This document shows positions 33,301 through 45,300 of a stretch of 64,000 nt of DNA, one piece after another. The position numbers and the translations under genes were made by a program. Numbering within the stretch: position 1 is the stretch's first letter; every line of letters starts with the position of its first letter. Location of the stretch: IMG/VR virus record IMGVR_UViG_3300046170_000173, one strand, 5' to 3'. This DNA is from a virus. The notes under the pieces are model-generated. The model ran no database searches. It saw only the letters and a program-made list of their open reading frames with translations, and was not told the origin of the DNA.

Positions 33301-35241
33301 GGTGTTGAAGTCATTCCATTCATGCGATCACGTCTAGTATCATTCAAGGCAGAAGGTCTTCGTCCGAACGCGAAAGTGTGGGCATACTTCGGTAACCGAA
33401 ACGTCTCTGCGTGGTGTCGACCAACAAACACATTCGTTGAGTTCTCGACAACTGATTCCGAAGTGGGATCGTCCCAATCATCTGCGACAGGTATCGTAGG
33501 ATCAGGTCAGTTGACAACCAACGACAGAGGTGAAGTCGTCGGCGAATTCTTAATTCCAAACACAGACGCATTAAGATTCCGTACAGGAACTCAAGACTTC
33601 CAGATCTTAGACATCAACGTAAATACCTCAGATGCGAGACTGACAAGAACACAGGCTGCGGAGTCGTTGACAAACTCTACCGCTCCTTACACATCAACAG
33701 GAACTATCGAGTCTATCCAACGCACAATTAGAACCACGCGTATACCACAAAGAGTTCGTCGTCGTAAGGATCCACTCGCACAGTCGTTCTTCGTTGATCC
33801 GGCAGAGAACCCAAATGGAATTTTCCTAACCAAGGTACGCGTCTACGTACAGAGCAAAGACTCTACGATTCCGATGCAGGTTCAAATTCGACCAGTAGAA
33901 AATGGCATACCTACAACTACTATTGTACCAGGCTCGGTAAAGTTTGTCAAACCAGACGACATCACGCTCGCACCTAACACAGACATTGCAAGTATCCGAT
34001 CTAACGGAACGACCGTTGAGTTTGACGAACCAGTATATCTGACCGCAGGGGAAGAGTATGCGATTGTCCTACTTGCAGAGTCGGTTGAGTATAACGTATA
34101 TGTAGCACAGACCTACGAGACTATCATCGGTGGTAACGAAGGTAAGGTATCAAAACAACCTTCACTTGGTTCTCTGTTCATGTCACAGAGTGGTTCGACA
34201 TGGACGCCAGACCAGACCAAGGACTTGATGTTTGAACTGGAACGTGCAGAGTTTGATGCGTCCGGTGCTGTACATTTAATCAACAGTGATCTACCTTCTG
34301 TATCTTTGGAAGATTCTCCATTTAGTACAACAGAAAGCTCTAATCGAGTATTAGTCAGACACGAAGGTCACGGTTTCACTAGATTTGATCAGGTAACATT
34401 CTCTGGATCTACTTCAGTAGGTGGTCTCGACTTAAATGGAACATTTACTATTGACAACGTGACTTCTACAGGGTATACTATCGTAACTGGTCAGACAACT
34501 ACAGCTACATCAACTTCTGTTGGTGGCAGTAATTCAGTCATTGCGACTCAGAACGTTATGTTTGACGAATTCACTCCTCAAGTTTCCTCTATCATGCCTA
34601 ACGGAACATCTGTGTCTTCTACATCACAGAGATGTAAGGGTGCATCATATGCTGGGGATGGAGAGAATGGTCGTAATCCAAATTCAAGTGGACTCTCATA
34701 TAACAGAAATATCACTCAAGATGTTGTACTAAACGAAGTCAACACAGGATCACATCCTTCTGTTATCGCAACTACAGATAACAAACAGAGTCACAGTATT
34801 GAATTTATCTTGTCTCTTCAGACTTCAGACAGCAGGGTCTCTCCTTTGATAGATCTACAAAGAGTTTCTATGCTTGCTCTAGAGAATATTATCGGGGACC
34901 AATCGGAAGCGCAACACACCACAAGACCTACAACTATTGATGAAAGTTCAGTCGGTCTGAAAGTGGTCTTCGGTGCGAATAGACCGACAGGATCAACGTT
35001 TGAAGTCTATATCAAAACTTCTGTTGATGATGATTCTTTAGTCAATGCCTCTTGGATAGAAATGCCTATCGATAGTCAAGTACCTTCAGATGATAATATA
35101 TCAGTGTTCCGTGAGTATGAGTACACACAGGAAACCTCTAGTCCATTTAATGCGTTCCAAGTCAAGGTTGTTATGAAATCAAACAACTCATCCAAGTCAC
35201 CACGCATTCGTGACTTACGCGTAATCGCACTGGCAACGTGA
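30327..35241 (+). CDS. Large virion structural protein (VrlC / DUF4815-like), frameshift at ~32926
   Basis: Y.D.YDE..GYHRVLF..GR.LQAREL..LQ.I, RT.EESGDY, DPLAQSF, GSLF.SQ...TWT..Q..DL.F, P.IRDLR.IALA; ~1637 aa when joined. Confidence 0.85.
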
Positions 35242-35471
35242 TGAATAAATACCAGAAGGTCGAAGGACACAGTAATCTAGTAAGAGACAAACAGACAGGG
35301 GCGATCCTAAACACCAACCGTGCAGAGATCGCAAAGGCGAGAAAAATAAAAGAGGCTAAGAGACTAGAGACGGAAAGAATGAACTCACTCACGGAAGAGG
35401 TAACCACTCTGAAGAACGAGATGTCTGAGATCAAACAATTACTTACCCTTCTAGTGGAGAACAACGAATGA
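35238..35471 (+). CDS. Small coiled-coil protein that typically follows VrlC-like genes
   Basis: KVEGH.NLVRD..TGAI.N ... L..E..EIK.LL. Confidence 0.8.
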   Translation: MMNKYQKVEGHSNLVRDKQTGAILNTNRAEIAKARKIKEAKRLETERMNSLTEEVTTLKNEMSEIKQLLTLLVENNE

Positions 35472-38400
35472 GTCACGGCGACGACACAATACAGATCATT
35501 AACCTCGCGGACAATATCAACGCGGCGTTTGATAAGATCAACGAGAACTTCGAATTACTAGATGCGGGTCTAACTCGTGACGAAGTTATAGCCCTTATAA
35601 CGGAACACTTGAATGGTAACCCTCACTTTGATGAGTCAGCCATCCGCGCATTCTTAAAGGACGCAGACCTTGATATTGGTAATGGTAAAATTACCTACAG
35701 TAACAACTATGCCACTTTTGGGGAATTGCCAGATGCATCTTCGTATCATGGTATGTTCGCTCATGTTCACAACCCGCCTGCCGCATACTATGCGCACGGT
35801 GGACAATGGATTGAACTTGCGAACAAGAGTGATGTTGGATCAAGTGATTTTGATGGAGACTATAACAGTCTAACTAATAGACCATCTATACCGACTGACT
35901 TAGACGACTTGAGTGACGTTCAGTTTAGTTCTCAAGTGTTGATCGGACATGTCCTAAAATGGGATGGAACCAAGTGGACTAACCTAGAAGACGCCAGCGG
36001 TGGCGGTGGTGGTCCAACTGACCCAGGCGAAAACGGAACCTCTTTCTATCAAGCGACAATCTACCAGAGGTCTCCAACTCAACCGACGACACCTAGTGGC
36101 GGTACGTTCGACTTCCCTACAGCCACACTAACTCCACCATCGGATTGGGAAGGAACTATCCCAACTGGCGACGATGACCTATGGGCATGTAACTTCCTAT
36201 TCAGAGATTACCTATCGCAACAGGGAACTATCACTGCAACTGATTGGTCAGAACCATATAGACTGGCTGGTCTAATCGATGTCAACTCTAACGGTGAGTC
36301 ATACGCACAGTTGTCTATCTATCGTAGATGGTCACCCCCAGAAGACGGCAGTGAGCCAGTTCTTCTTGCACCGGACGGAGGATCTTTTGATTTTGATCCT
36401 TCAGTAGAAAATCCTTTAACTCCACCAAATGACTGGTACTTGACTCCACCTTCAGTGGACGTTCAAGCGGGAGATTTGTATGTGAGCGCAGGCATCGCCA
36501 CTACAAACGGATTAGATGAAGGAGTGACATTAGATACTAGCATCTCTTGGTCCAATCCACAGAAAACAAGCACTGGACTAGATGGACAAGATGGTCGATC
36601 TATTTTCGAGAAGGCAGTTTATCGTAGAGTTCAAAAACCAGCTGGATGGTCGATTGGTGATGATCTTCCCGCACCACCAAAACCAGTGGGGGGTTTCTTT
36701 AACTTCGGTGAAGAGGTCTTTGGTAAAACTGCACCGGACATACCCGCCCCACTAGATGACGCAGACGGCAACACCGGCGTTTGGTATGCTGGAGTCCCAA
36801 CATGGGACCCAACTTCGGGCGAACCCGCTGGAGATGTATGGTCATCTGTCTATGCGTTCAGTGTCGTAGGTGATACGGGAACGGACATAGCAGTTGATGA
36901 AAACTGGAGCGAACCTACAATAGGTATTTTAGATAGCGTATCGACATATCGAAAGTCACTATACGCTCGTTCCGCAACTAGACCGACTACTGACTTTTCG
37001 AACAATAATGTAATTTATAGTTTTACTCACGACAAGTTCTTAACTATAGGTCCCGACACCGATGCGGTCAATGGTATCGATGGCCTTCCATTTTGGTATG
37101 AAGAGCCACCAGAACTAGACCTAGACGATCCGATGGATCTGTGGGAAGTAACAACCACTGCGAGTTTGATCGGGTATCTTGGAGAAGATAGAGATCTAAC
37201 ATTCGGAGATATCAAGCGAGTTCTTAACTATGCGATTGATGCAGAGGACGGATTCAGTTTTGTTCAGTTAAATGTCTATCAGTGGGCATCGACTAATCCA
37301 GGCGAACCACCTTCGGATGGCACTTTTGATTTTAGTTCTAAGACGTTTACTGTGCCTACTGGTTGGTATAGAAATGTTCCAGACCCAGATCCTAATGATG
37401 GCCCTTTAACACTATACGTCTCCTCTGGTGTCGCAAGTACTCTGGGATTGACAGAAGCGGACAATAATGTCGATAGTAATATTGAGTGGTCTACCGCAGA
37501 TGCAACTACCGCAGGTGGTTCGGGCCGAGACGGTCGATCGACATTTAGGGCGGTCATCGTAACGAGAACAAACGATGTTCCGGTCAGTGATGGAGGCACT
37601 TTAGTTCCACCAACAGGAGGTGTTGTTAACTTCGCAGGAACCACCAAGACTGGCACAAGTCAAGAACTGTCAGGTGCTAATGTTGGAGGCAACACTTCAT
37701 TCCCACCTAACTCAGTAACTCCTCCGGTTGGGTGGTATGATCATGTTTCTGATATTCCGGCGACCTTAGTTCCAGACGGAAAAGTCTGGGCGGTAGAACA
37801 AACTTTCGCTATCGACGGCGACGACTCTATAGATGTTGGTGGCACATGGTCCGAACCATACGAAGATCACAACAACGGTGAGGATGGTTACTCGACCTTC
37901 TCCGCATCTGTTTATAAAAGAAGTGCGGTCAAACCAGCAGCAGACGGAAGTGGTGAGTGGGGACCAGTCGGTGCGACATATAGTTTTACCGATGATGTCG
38001 TTGTATTTACAAACCAAAACATAACGGACGGTTGGTCAGAAGACCCACAAGAATCTAACGATGCGAAAGATCCTCTATGGTTGTGTCGCGCAACGGCAAC
38101 AACCAAAGGTCTCACCGGAACAGACGCGACACTGACTTGGTCGGAACCAGTTAAGGTATCTTCTGACGGTGAAAATGGACAGCCTGGTTCTGGTATTGTT
38201 GTAGGACTTGAGCAATGAAAACCATTCTATTACAGCACAATTTGATGGTACTCTATACAGCAATTCTCTCGTTGGTGCGTTTACCACTTTGCAAGCCTTT
38301 AACGGTGATGATGCAATAGACCTTTCGAACGAAACCATTGACATATCACTTTCTGAAGGTGTCAGTCAAGGAAGCGGACCTAATGATGTAAATTGGACAA

Positions 38401-39438
38401 CCGCAGATTTATCAACATCAATAACTCACGTCGGCGCAAACGTTGATGAATTTACATTAACCTTTACTGTCCTGAATAGATCTGCCGTATTTACTCTAAC
38501 TAAAATTAAAGCAGCTGCACCCGGCCAACCCGCCTACAGTATATCGTTTAATAAACAGTGCTAGTGTTATTAAGTCTAATCCAAATAATACTGAACATGA
38601 ACCATCACAACTTTTTGTTACCGCATTTAAGTATACTGGTGGACTGGCGCCCGCAATCGCGCTTACAGGAACGACATTACTATTAAAAACTAATGATGTT
38701 GATACAGTAGTTGAAAGCGCAACTGACGGTACATTGATATGGGATGTTGCTGATAATACTACTTCCATAAATGTAGAACTTTGGGTACCAGACACCAGCG
38801 GAGTGAAGGTTGATGAAGAAAACATTCCTGTCGTATTCGATGGAACTGATTCTGGAGATGTTACAGTTCCTCCTAGATTTGAGTCTGGTTATGTTTATTA
38901 TCAAGTTGCTGATGGATCGACAAATGGTCCAGCAAAACCTTCTGCAACATCATTCACGTTTGCGGGCGCTGGCGGGAACTCAGGAACCGATGGAGTCTTT
39001 GTAAATCTCACCGACGACTGGTCTGCTAACCCACCAGGCGATACGAATCTTGAAGGAACATTCTGGGCGGCCAGATTCACGGCATTTGAAGATACCGCCG
39101 GAGGCGGCACAGCGACAGGTGACGCAACAACCGAGAACGGAAACTTACACTTCAGCACTCCTTTCAAGAATTTCTCATTCAATGGTTTAGTGACTTTCGA
39201 GAATCTGAGTGATGAGTTGGTTAACATGGATGACCAAAGTTCCCGCATCACCACTATTGATGGTGGTAAGATTACGACGGGCGAACTAGATGCAGATAAA
39301 GTTGAAATCAGAAAACTTTCAGCTAAATCAGGTGTTGGTGGTGCTCGATCAGAAATTAGTCAAGATGGAGTAAAAGTATATTCTGCCGGCAATAATGGCC
39401 AGGGAGTTCTAAGAGTTAAGTTAGGAGATCTATCATGA
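35468..39438 (+). CDS. Multi-module tail fibre (~1322 aa), frameshifts at ~38204 and ~38530
   Basis: About 8 modules of type Y.R....P..P.GG.F.F....P..W ... LW ... WS.P; C-terminus TTIDGGKITTG...LRVKLGDLS; frames join after removing single bases. Confidence 0.75.
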
Positions 39439-39731
39439 GCCAAGGTGTAGAAGTATATGATCCTACTACCGGCGCTGTAGTTTGGTCAAGCAACCAAAGA
39501 CAGACTAATGTTCAAGTTTATGCCTACTTCGATTTAGCATCAAACTCAAATCCGACATTTACTTGTGCTGATGCGGACGATAGTTCTCAGGTATTGATAA
39601 CATTCAAATCTACTAATTTTAATTTGGTTCCGTCTTATGAGGGCGTGAAAGTTACCAATAGAACCTCTACAAGTTTTAATTTATCGGGAAACACCCAGAC
39701 CGGATGGGTAATCGCAGTGAGGATTAGATAA
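39435..39731 (+). CDS. Fibre-tip accessory protein
   Basis: MSQGVEVYD..G N-terminus typical of proteins following such fibres. Confidence 0.6.
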   Translation: MSQGVEVYDPTTGAVVWSSNQRQTNVQVYAYFDLASNSNPTFTCADADDSSQVLITFKSTNFNLVPSYEGVKVTNRTSTSFNLSGNTQTGWVIAVRIR

Positions 39732-41677
39732 TGGCATATGGATTAAAGGTAGAGGGTACTGACGCTGGTGGAACTTTTCTTGTAACAGATACTGATAAGA
39801 ATTTAAGAAACTTGCGCGTAGTGGACTACGGAACTAATGATACTCAAATTACTTTAGATTCCGCATTACAGTCCAACGACCTTTTGTTTGTTAAGAACCC
39901 ACAAGAACCGCTTTGGGGTTGGGAAACCTATCAAAGATTTTATACTGATCCGGAGGGCGGCACGACGTTACAGCTCTATTGGACTGCACCAAGATATTAT
40001 TATATTACTTTATCTGAAGATGAGAAAACCATAAATTTCAAGGGCGGAAGAATAGGAAGTATAGGTGGTCAAAATAGAGGGTATGTAAGATGGTATGCCT
40101 ATCAACAATGGGATGTAGCCTTTGATTGGTTCCTAGTTCGTGATGTTGGTCAGATTGTCAGTGATGGTTTATCTAGTAACGAAACTCACGGTATTCAGAT
40201 TTTAACCGAAGAAGTAAATGGTGTTCAGGACATTGCATTCGATTCTCGCGCAATTATTAATGACCAGACCTTTAGTATAAATGGAGTTGCTCCCGCATCT
40301 GGTAGCTGGTCATATGATAGTTTAAGAACTCAATTTACCTATGGTGAATCTAATAGTTATGTGAATATAGAACATACTGCCGTTGGCGCGGCAGCTTATG
40401 CTAATGGTGGTTATGAAGGTAATTCGGGTGGTCTTCGTATTAGAGGAATACAAGTTGGTACAACTAGTGCTTTCGTTTATGAGGGGTTTCTTGAATTCGA
40501 AGTTGGGGGTGCTGGTATTTTTTGGTTCCCTAATAACGTAGCATTATTTTCTGCCAAAATGTATACAGGGGTCCCGTCCGGAACGGGTGCATCTGACGGT
40601 AGCGGTACAGACGACAGCGGAGACGATGGAACGGATGAATCTGGATCTGGCGTTACACAGCTTGTAGGAACTATAGAACTTGCGACAGGTCAAGATAATA
40701 AGATAACTGAAGGTACAGATCCTAGCATTACATACAATGTTGGAGTTAATATAAGTGGTGATTACAACTTAAAGGTTGTTCGAAACTCAGGTTCAGTTGG
40801 TGGTGGAGAACTATCCGGAACTGGAAAAACATTCAGTGGAACATCTACCTCTATGACAATCACTGCAAATAATGATAGTACTTCTGAGATTGGATGGCAA
40901 GGTGAAACCTTTACACTAGAACTGAGACTGGGATCTACACTTGGAGACGGGGATTTAGTCCAATCAAGTACTTTTAGTTTATATGATGATGACTTGTCTG
41001 TAACGGTGGTGGGTACTTCAGGCACCCGTGTTGATATTGCTAATAACGCAACTACTGCTAATGTTATTGCGTCTTTTAGTTCGGTAGGTGATGCTACTGT
41101 TGCGGGAAGAATAAGAAATTCTTCTGGAACTATTGTTAGAAGTGGATTTAATTTTAACAATTCAGGTAATACCACAATCACGGTTGCTGCGGGACTGCCC
41201 AGCGGAACTGGAACTACGAGCGCAACAACAGCAAATTATACTCTTGAAGCATACACTGGAAATTCTTGGTTGTCAACCCCTTTCACTATTCGACGATTGG
41301 CGGGAGATTCATCAAGCAGTAATGATCCATTGAGCAATCCAACCCTATCAGGAAGTTCGTCCGTAACAATAGAATCAACAGAGGTAAGTTATGGTGTGAA
41401 TTATTCTGGAATGCAGAGTGGTGAACAGATACGAATGGTGGACTCATCCGGTGCGGTTTCATCATCAACTACTACAGCATTTTACAGTTTAGTAACAGTA
41501 ACAATTAATAACAATCTACCTTCCGCAGGTTCTAATAAAACATTTACTCCACAAGTAAAAGCAACTGGTGGAAATTGGACACCGAAGGTTGGTGGTAATA
41601 TCACTATTACTAGACAAAGTGGTGGTAGTTACAATCCACCTACCCCAGGCGGCGGCGGTGATTTCGGTAACAATTGA
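39731..41677 (+). CDS. Putative receptor-binding / adhesin protein with Ig- or Calx-beta-like C-terminal domains
   Basis: MAYGLKV.. N-terminus, internal HGIQI repeat, G/S/D linker, ITEG...E.FTLEL...DDD; visibly AT-richer than flanks. Confidence 0.6.
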   Translation: MAYGLKVEGTDAGGTFLVTDTDKNLRNLRVVDYGTNDTQITLDSALQSNDLLFVKNPQEPLWGWETYQRFYTDPEGGTTLQLYWTAPRYYYITLSEDEKTINFKGGRIGSIGGQNRGYVRWYAYQQWDVAFDWFLVRDVGQIVSDGLSSNETHGIQILTEEVNGVQDIAFDSRAIINDQTFSINGVAPASGSWSYDSLRTQFTYGESNSYVNIEHTAVGAAAYANGGYEGNSGGLRIRGIQVGTTSAFVYEGFLEFEVGGAGIFWFPNNVALFSAKMYTGVPSGTGASDGSGTDDSGDDGTDESGSGVTQLVGTIELATGQDNKITEGTDPSITYNVGVNISGDYNLKVVRNSGSVGGGELSGTGKTFSGTSTSMTITANNDSTSEIGWQGETFTLELRLGSTLGDGDLVQSSTFSLYDDDLSVTVVGTSGTRVDIANNATTANVIASFSSVGDATVAGRIRNSSGTIVRSGFNFNNSGNTTITVAAGLPSGTGTTSATTANYTLEAYTGNSWLSTPFTIRRLAGDSSSSNDPLSNPTLSGSSSVTIESTEVSYGVNYSGMQSGEQIRMVDSSGAVSSSTTTAFYSLVTVTINNNLPSAGSNKTFTPQVKATGGNWTPKVGGNITITRQSGGSYNPPTPGGGGDFGNN

Positions 41678-41681
41678 TCTA

Positions 41682-41689
41682 TATAAATA
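41682..41689 (+). promoter_or_regulatory. T4-type late promoter
   Basis: TATAAATA. Confidence 0.8.
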
Positions 41690-41717
41690 AACTTAATTAG
41701 TAACAGGACTTTTAAAA

Positions 41718-42200
41718 ATGTTAGACTACGTCGCATACGTGACAATTAGAACAGGGCAGATCAATAGATGCAGTGCCCCTCAATACAATACTCCATCAAA
41801 TGGTACAGTAGTTGATGATGGTATTAGTCTTGTTGTCTACGTAACAAAAGATAATATTCCGGATGGATGTGAAGGTCCGTCTCAGCTTAGAAATGAATAC
41901 ACCTATGACATGGTAGAATATAAGTTCGTCCATATCGGTCTTCCGCCAAACCAACATGCGGAATGGAATCCGGAGACTGGTGATTGGTCATGGGACTCAG
42001 AACTTCTGGAACAGGACATCCGAATAGAAAGAAACAGATTGTTGACTCTTTGTGATTGGACTCAGATTCCAGACGCCCCATTGTCACTTGATATGAAGAA
42101 TGCATGGGCAGGTTATCGACAAGAACTACGTGATATCACTTCAGACTTGGAAGGGGTGTCTAGTATATTAGACTTAAACTGGCCTACTACACCACAGTAA
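41718..42200 (+). CDS. Tail fibre assembly chaperone
   Basis: IR.ERN.LL..CDWTQ.PDAPL.....W..YRQ.LRDIT ... WP..P. Confidence 0.85.
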   Translation: MLDYVAYVTIRTGQINRCSAPQYNTPSNGTVVDDGISLVVYVTKDNIPDGCEGPSQLRNEYTYDMVEYKFVHIGLPPNQHAEWNPETGDWSWDSELLEQDIRIERNRLLTLCDWTQIPDAPLSLDMKNAWAGYRQELRDITSDLEGVSSILDLNWPTTPQ

Positions 42201-42222
42201 TAATTGACAGAAATATTTTTAT

Positions 42223-42259
42223 AAAAGTGCGGATGCCTCGGTTCCCGCACTTTTTTTTT
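42223..42259 (+). terminator. Intrinsic terminator
   Basis: AAAAGTGCGG...CCGCAC-T9. Confidence 0.85.
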
Positions 42260-42260
42260 A

Positions 42261-42268
42261 TATAAATA
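42261..42268 (+). promoter_or_regulatory. T4-type late promoter of the hairpin-fibre gene
   Basis: TATAAATA. Confidence 0.85.
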
Positions 42269-42319
42269 ACTCTTGTCATTAACCAATAAATCCTTTTAAC
42301 TTAAAAGAGAGACGATATC

Positions 42320-45300
42320 GTGTCAGCATCTAGTATACCACTAAAACTTCAAAATGCTAATGGTGACCTACAAGAATTCACTCCATCGGATGAGCTTTAT
42401 CTATCCTTTGCAGTGGGACAAGCATTAGTTGCGGCCGCTTCTAATGACGTTGGTAATATCAGTTTAACTGATGGCCAATCAATCGGTTCGTTTGTAGATT
42501 CTTACTACAATGAAATATCTGGCACCCACCCTGCTTCACAAATAACGGGTGCCTCAGTGACCACCACTCTGAAGCAAGTGAGTGGCCCAGCAGACGAATC
42601 CGGTGCAGACTTTGTCCGCCCAGTAGGTTATTACGACGTTGATCCAAACCCAGGCTTCTACGAAATGGTAGATGGGGATATGGACAACCTAGCAGGTCGT
42701 GTTCTGTCTAACTTAGTACAGAACGACTATATCGGTACTTTCAAACTGTCCGCTACTCAACCAAGTGCAGACTATACAAAGTTTATTGACTCTGTATTCT
42801 CTGACACTCATGGTAACGGTGGGGCAGGTACCGTAGTAACAAACTATCACATTTGGATGCGTACTTCTATGACGGCAGTTGCTCCAGTTCGTCCAGTAGC
42901 GACAAGCTACGACGGTTCTGGTTTCAACGGTCTACGTGAAATGACGGATGCGCAGATTCAGTACACACTGGGTCAACGTATTAAGTCAATGCGTGCTACG
43001 TCAGGAGCGATTGGTTCATACCAGTTGCGTTCCACAGCACAAGGCGCACCGACAGTCCCAGGCTCATGGTTGCCTGTAGGTACTGCACAGAACACACGTC
43101 GAACTCCAGTTGATGTTGCATACGCAAGAACTCGCGTATCTTCATACAACCGTGCACGTGTTTCTGCATACACTCGTACTCGCGTATCTTCATACACGCG
43201 TAATAGTGTAAATACATTTAGTCGTACCTTTGTAGGAGACTACACTGGTGCATATTCACGCGACTTCGTAGGTAACTACTCGCGTGACTTTGTTGGGAAC
43301 TACTCGCGTACTCGCCCATCATCGTACTCAGGTACATATGCAAGAACTCGCGTATCATCGTTTGCACGTACTCGTTTAACAGCGTTTACTGGATACTTTG
43401 CGGGAACTTACTCACGCGCACGTGTTTCAGTTTATACACGTAACCGTGTAACACCATTCACTGGTACATTCTCACGTAACCGTGTTTCAACATACACTCG
43501 TGGTCGTGTATCATCTTACGCCGGTACTTATTCTCGTAACCGCGTTTCTTCATACGTTGCAGACTATACACGCAACCGTGTTTCAACATATTCTGGAACA
43601 TATTCGGGCACTTACTCCCGTCTACGTGTTTCTGCTTATTCTGGAACATACTCGCGTAACCGTGTTTCATCTTATGCTGGAACATATACGCGCACACGTG
43701 TATCTACTTACGCAACTGACTTTACCCGCACCCGTGAAGAGAACTTCGCAGGGACTTACACTGGTTACTATACTGGCGTATTCTCTCGTGCTCGTGTATC
43801 AACATATACGCGTAACCGTGTAACAGGTTTCGCAGGTAACTTCATTGGTAACTACTCTCGCAACTTCCAAGGTAACTATTCGCGTAACTTCGTGGGTAAC
43901 TACTCTCGTGGATTTGCTGGAGATTACGTAGGTAACTACTCTCGCGTATCAACACGTACATCAACTCGCACACGTTACAGTGCTTACGCAAGAACACGCA
44001 TCACTAACTATGTTGGTGACTTTACTCGTGATCGCGTCACTAACTTTGCGGGTAACTTTGTGGGCAACTATGCTCGCACCTTCGTAGGAAACTACGGTGG
44101 TAACTTTATTGGAAACTACGCTCGTGACTTCGTTGGAAACTTCGTTGGAAACTACGCTCGCGCATATGTAGGTAACTACTCTCGCGGATTCGTAGGTAAC
44201 TACGGTCGTAACTTCCTTGGAAACTTTGTCGGAAACTACAGTCGTAACTTCCTTGGTGACTTCACCGGAAACTACGCTCGTGGTTTCGTCGGTGACTTCG
44301 TTGGAGATTTCGTAGGTAACTACGCACGTACTTCAACTCGTACATCGACTCGCACACGTTACTCTGCATATGCTCGTACTCGCGCAACGAACTACACTCG
44401 CAACCGTGGTTCTGCTTACGCTCGTACATCTACTCGTACTCGTTACAGTGCATACGCAAGAACTCGTGCAACAAACTATACAAGAACTCGTGGTTCAGCT
44501 TACGCACGTACTCGTATCACTAACTACGTTGGTGACTTCGCGCGTACATCTACTCGTAGCAGACCATCTACGTTCTCTTATGCACGTACTCTATACTACG
44601 CAGGTGACTTCGTAGGTAACTATGGTCGTACTCGTGTAACAAACTATACTCGTGCTTCAGCGGTAGGCGTGACCTATACAGGTAACTACACACGTAACCT
44701 ATACTACGTTGGTAACTATGCTCGTGGATATGCAGGCAACTTCGTGGGTAACTACACACGTAACCGTGCATTTTCATACGTAGGTGACTATGCTCGTAAC
44801 CGTGCATTCTCATACGCAGGTAACTACACACGTACTCGCGCAACAAACTACACTCGTAATAGAGTTGTTGCTGGTAACTCTACTCGTGTAAGCACAAACG
44901 GTGCTGGTTTTGTTGGTAACTTTGCAGGTAACTATGCAGGCAACTTTGCTGGTAACTTTACACGATCTACATCATCAACACGTACATCAACACGTGTTTC
45001 TACTGGTGCTGGTGGTCAGGTAACCAACGCATATTCCGGAAATAACTGGTCGTTAACTACAGGTTGGCGTTCGGATAGTGAAGGTGGAACCAATTTTGTT
45101 ACCGTTTATATTAATGGAACTTTAGTTGGAGGCATGACAGGAAGCGGAACATCTCTGACTGCTGGCGGTGTAACATATTATCGTGCTGCTTGGCGAAACA
45201 CGAATGGATTCGTATCACATTATGGTGTTACTTACCAATCGGGTGGTGCCTCTTATACTGGTAACTTTACTGGTAACTTTACAGGAACTGCTACTTACAC

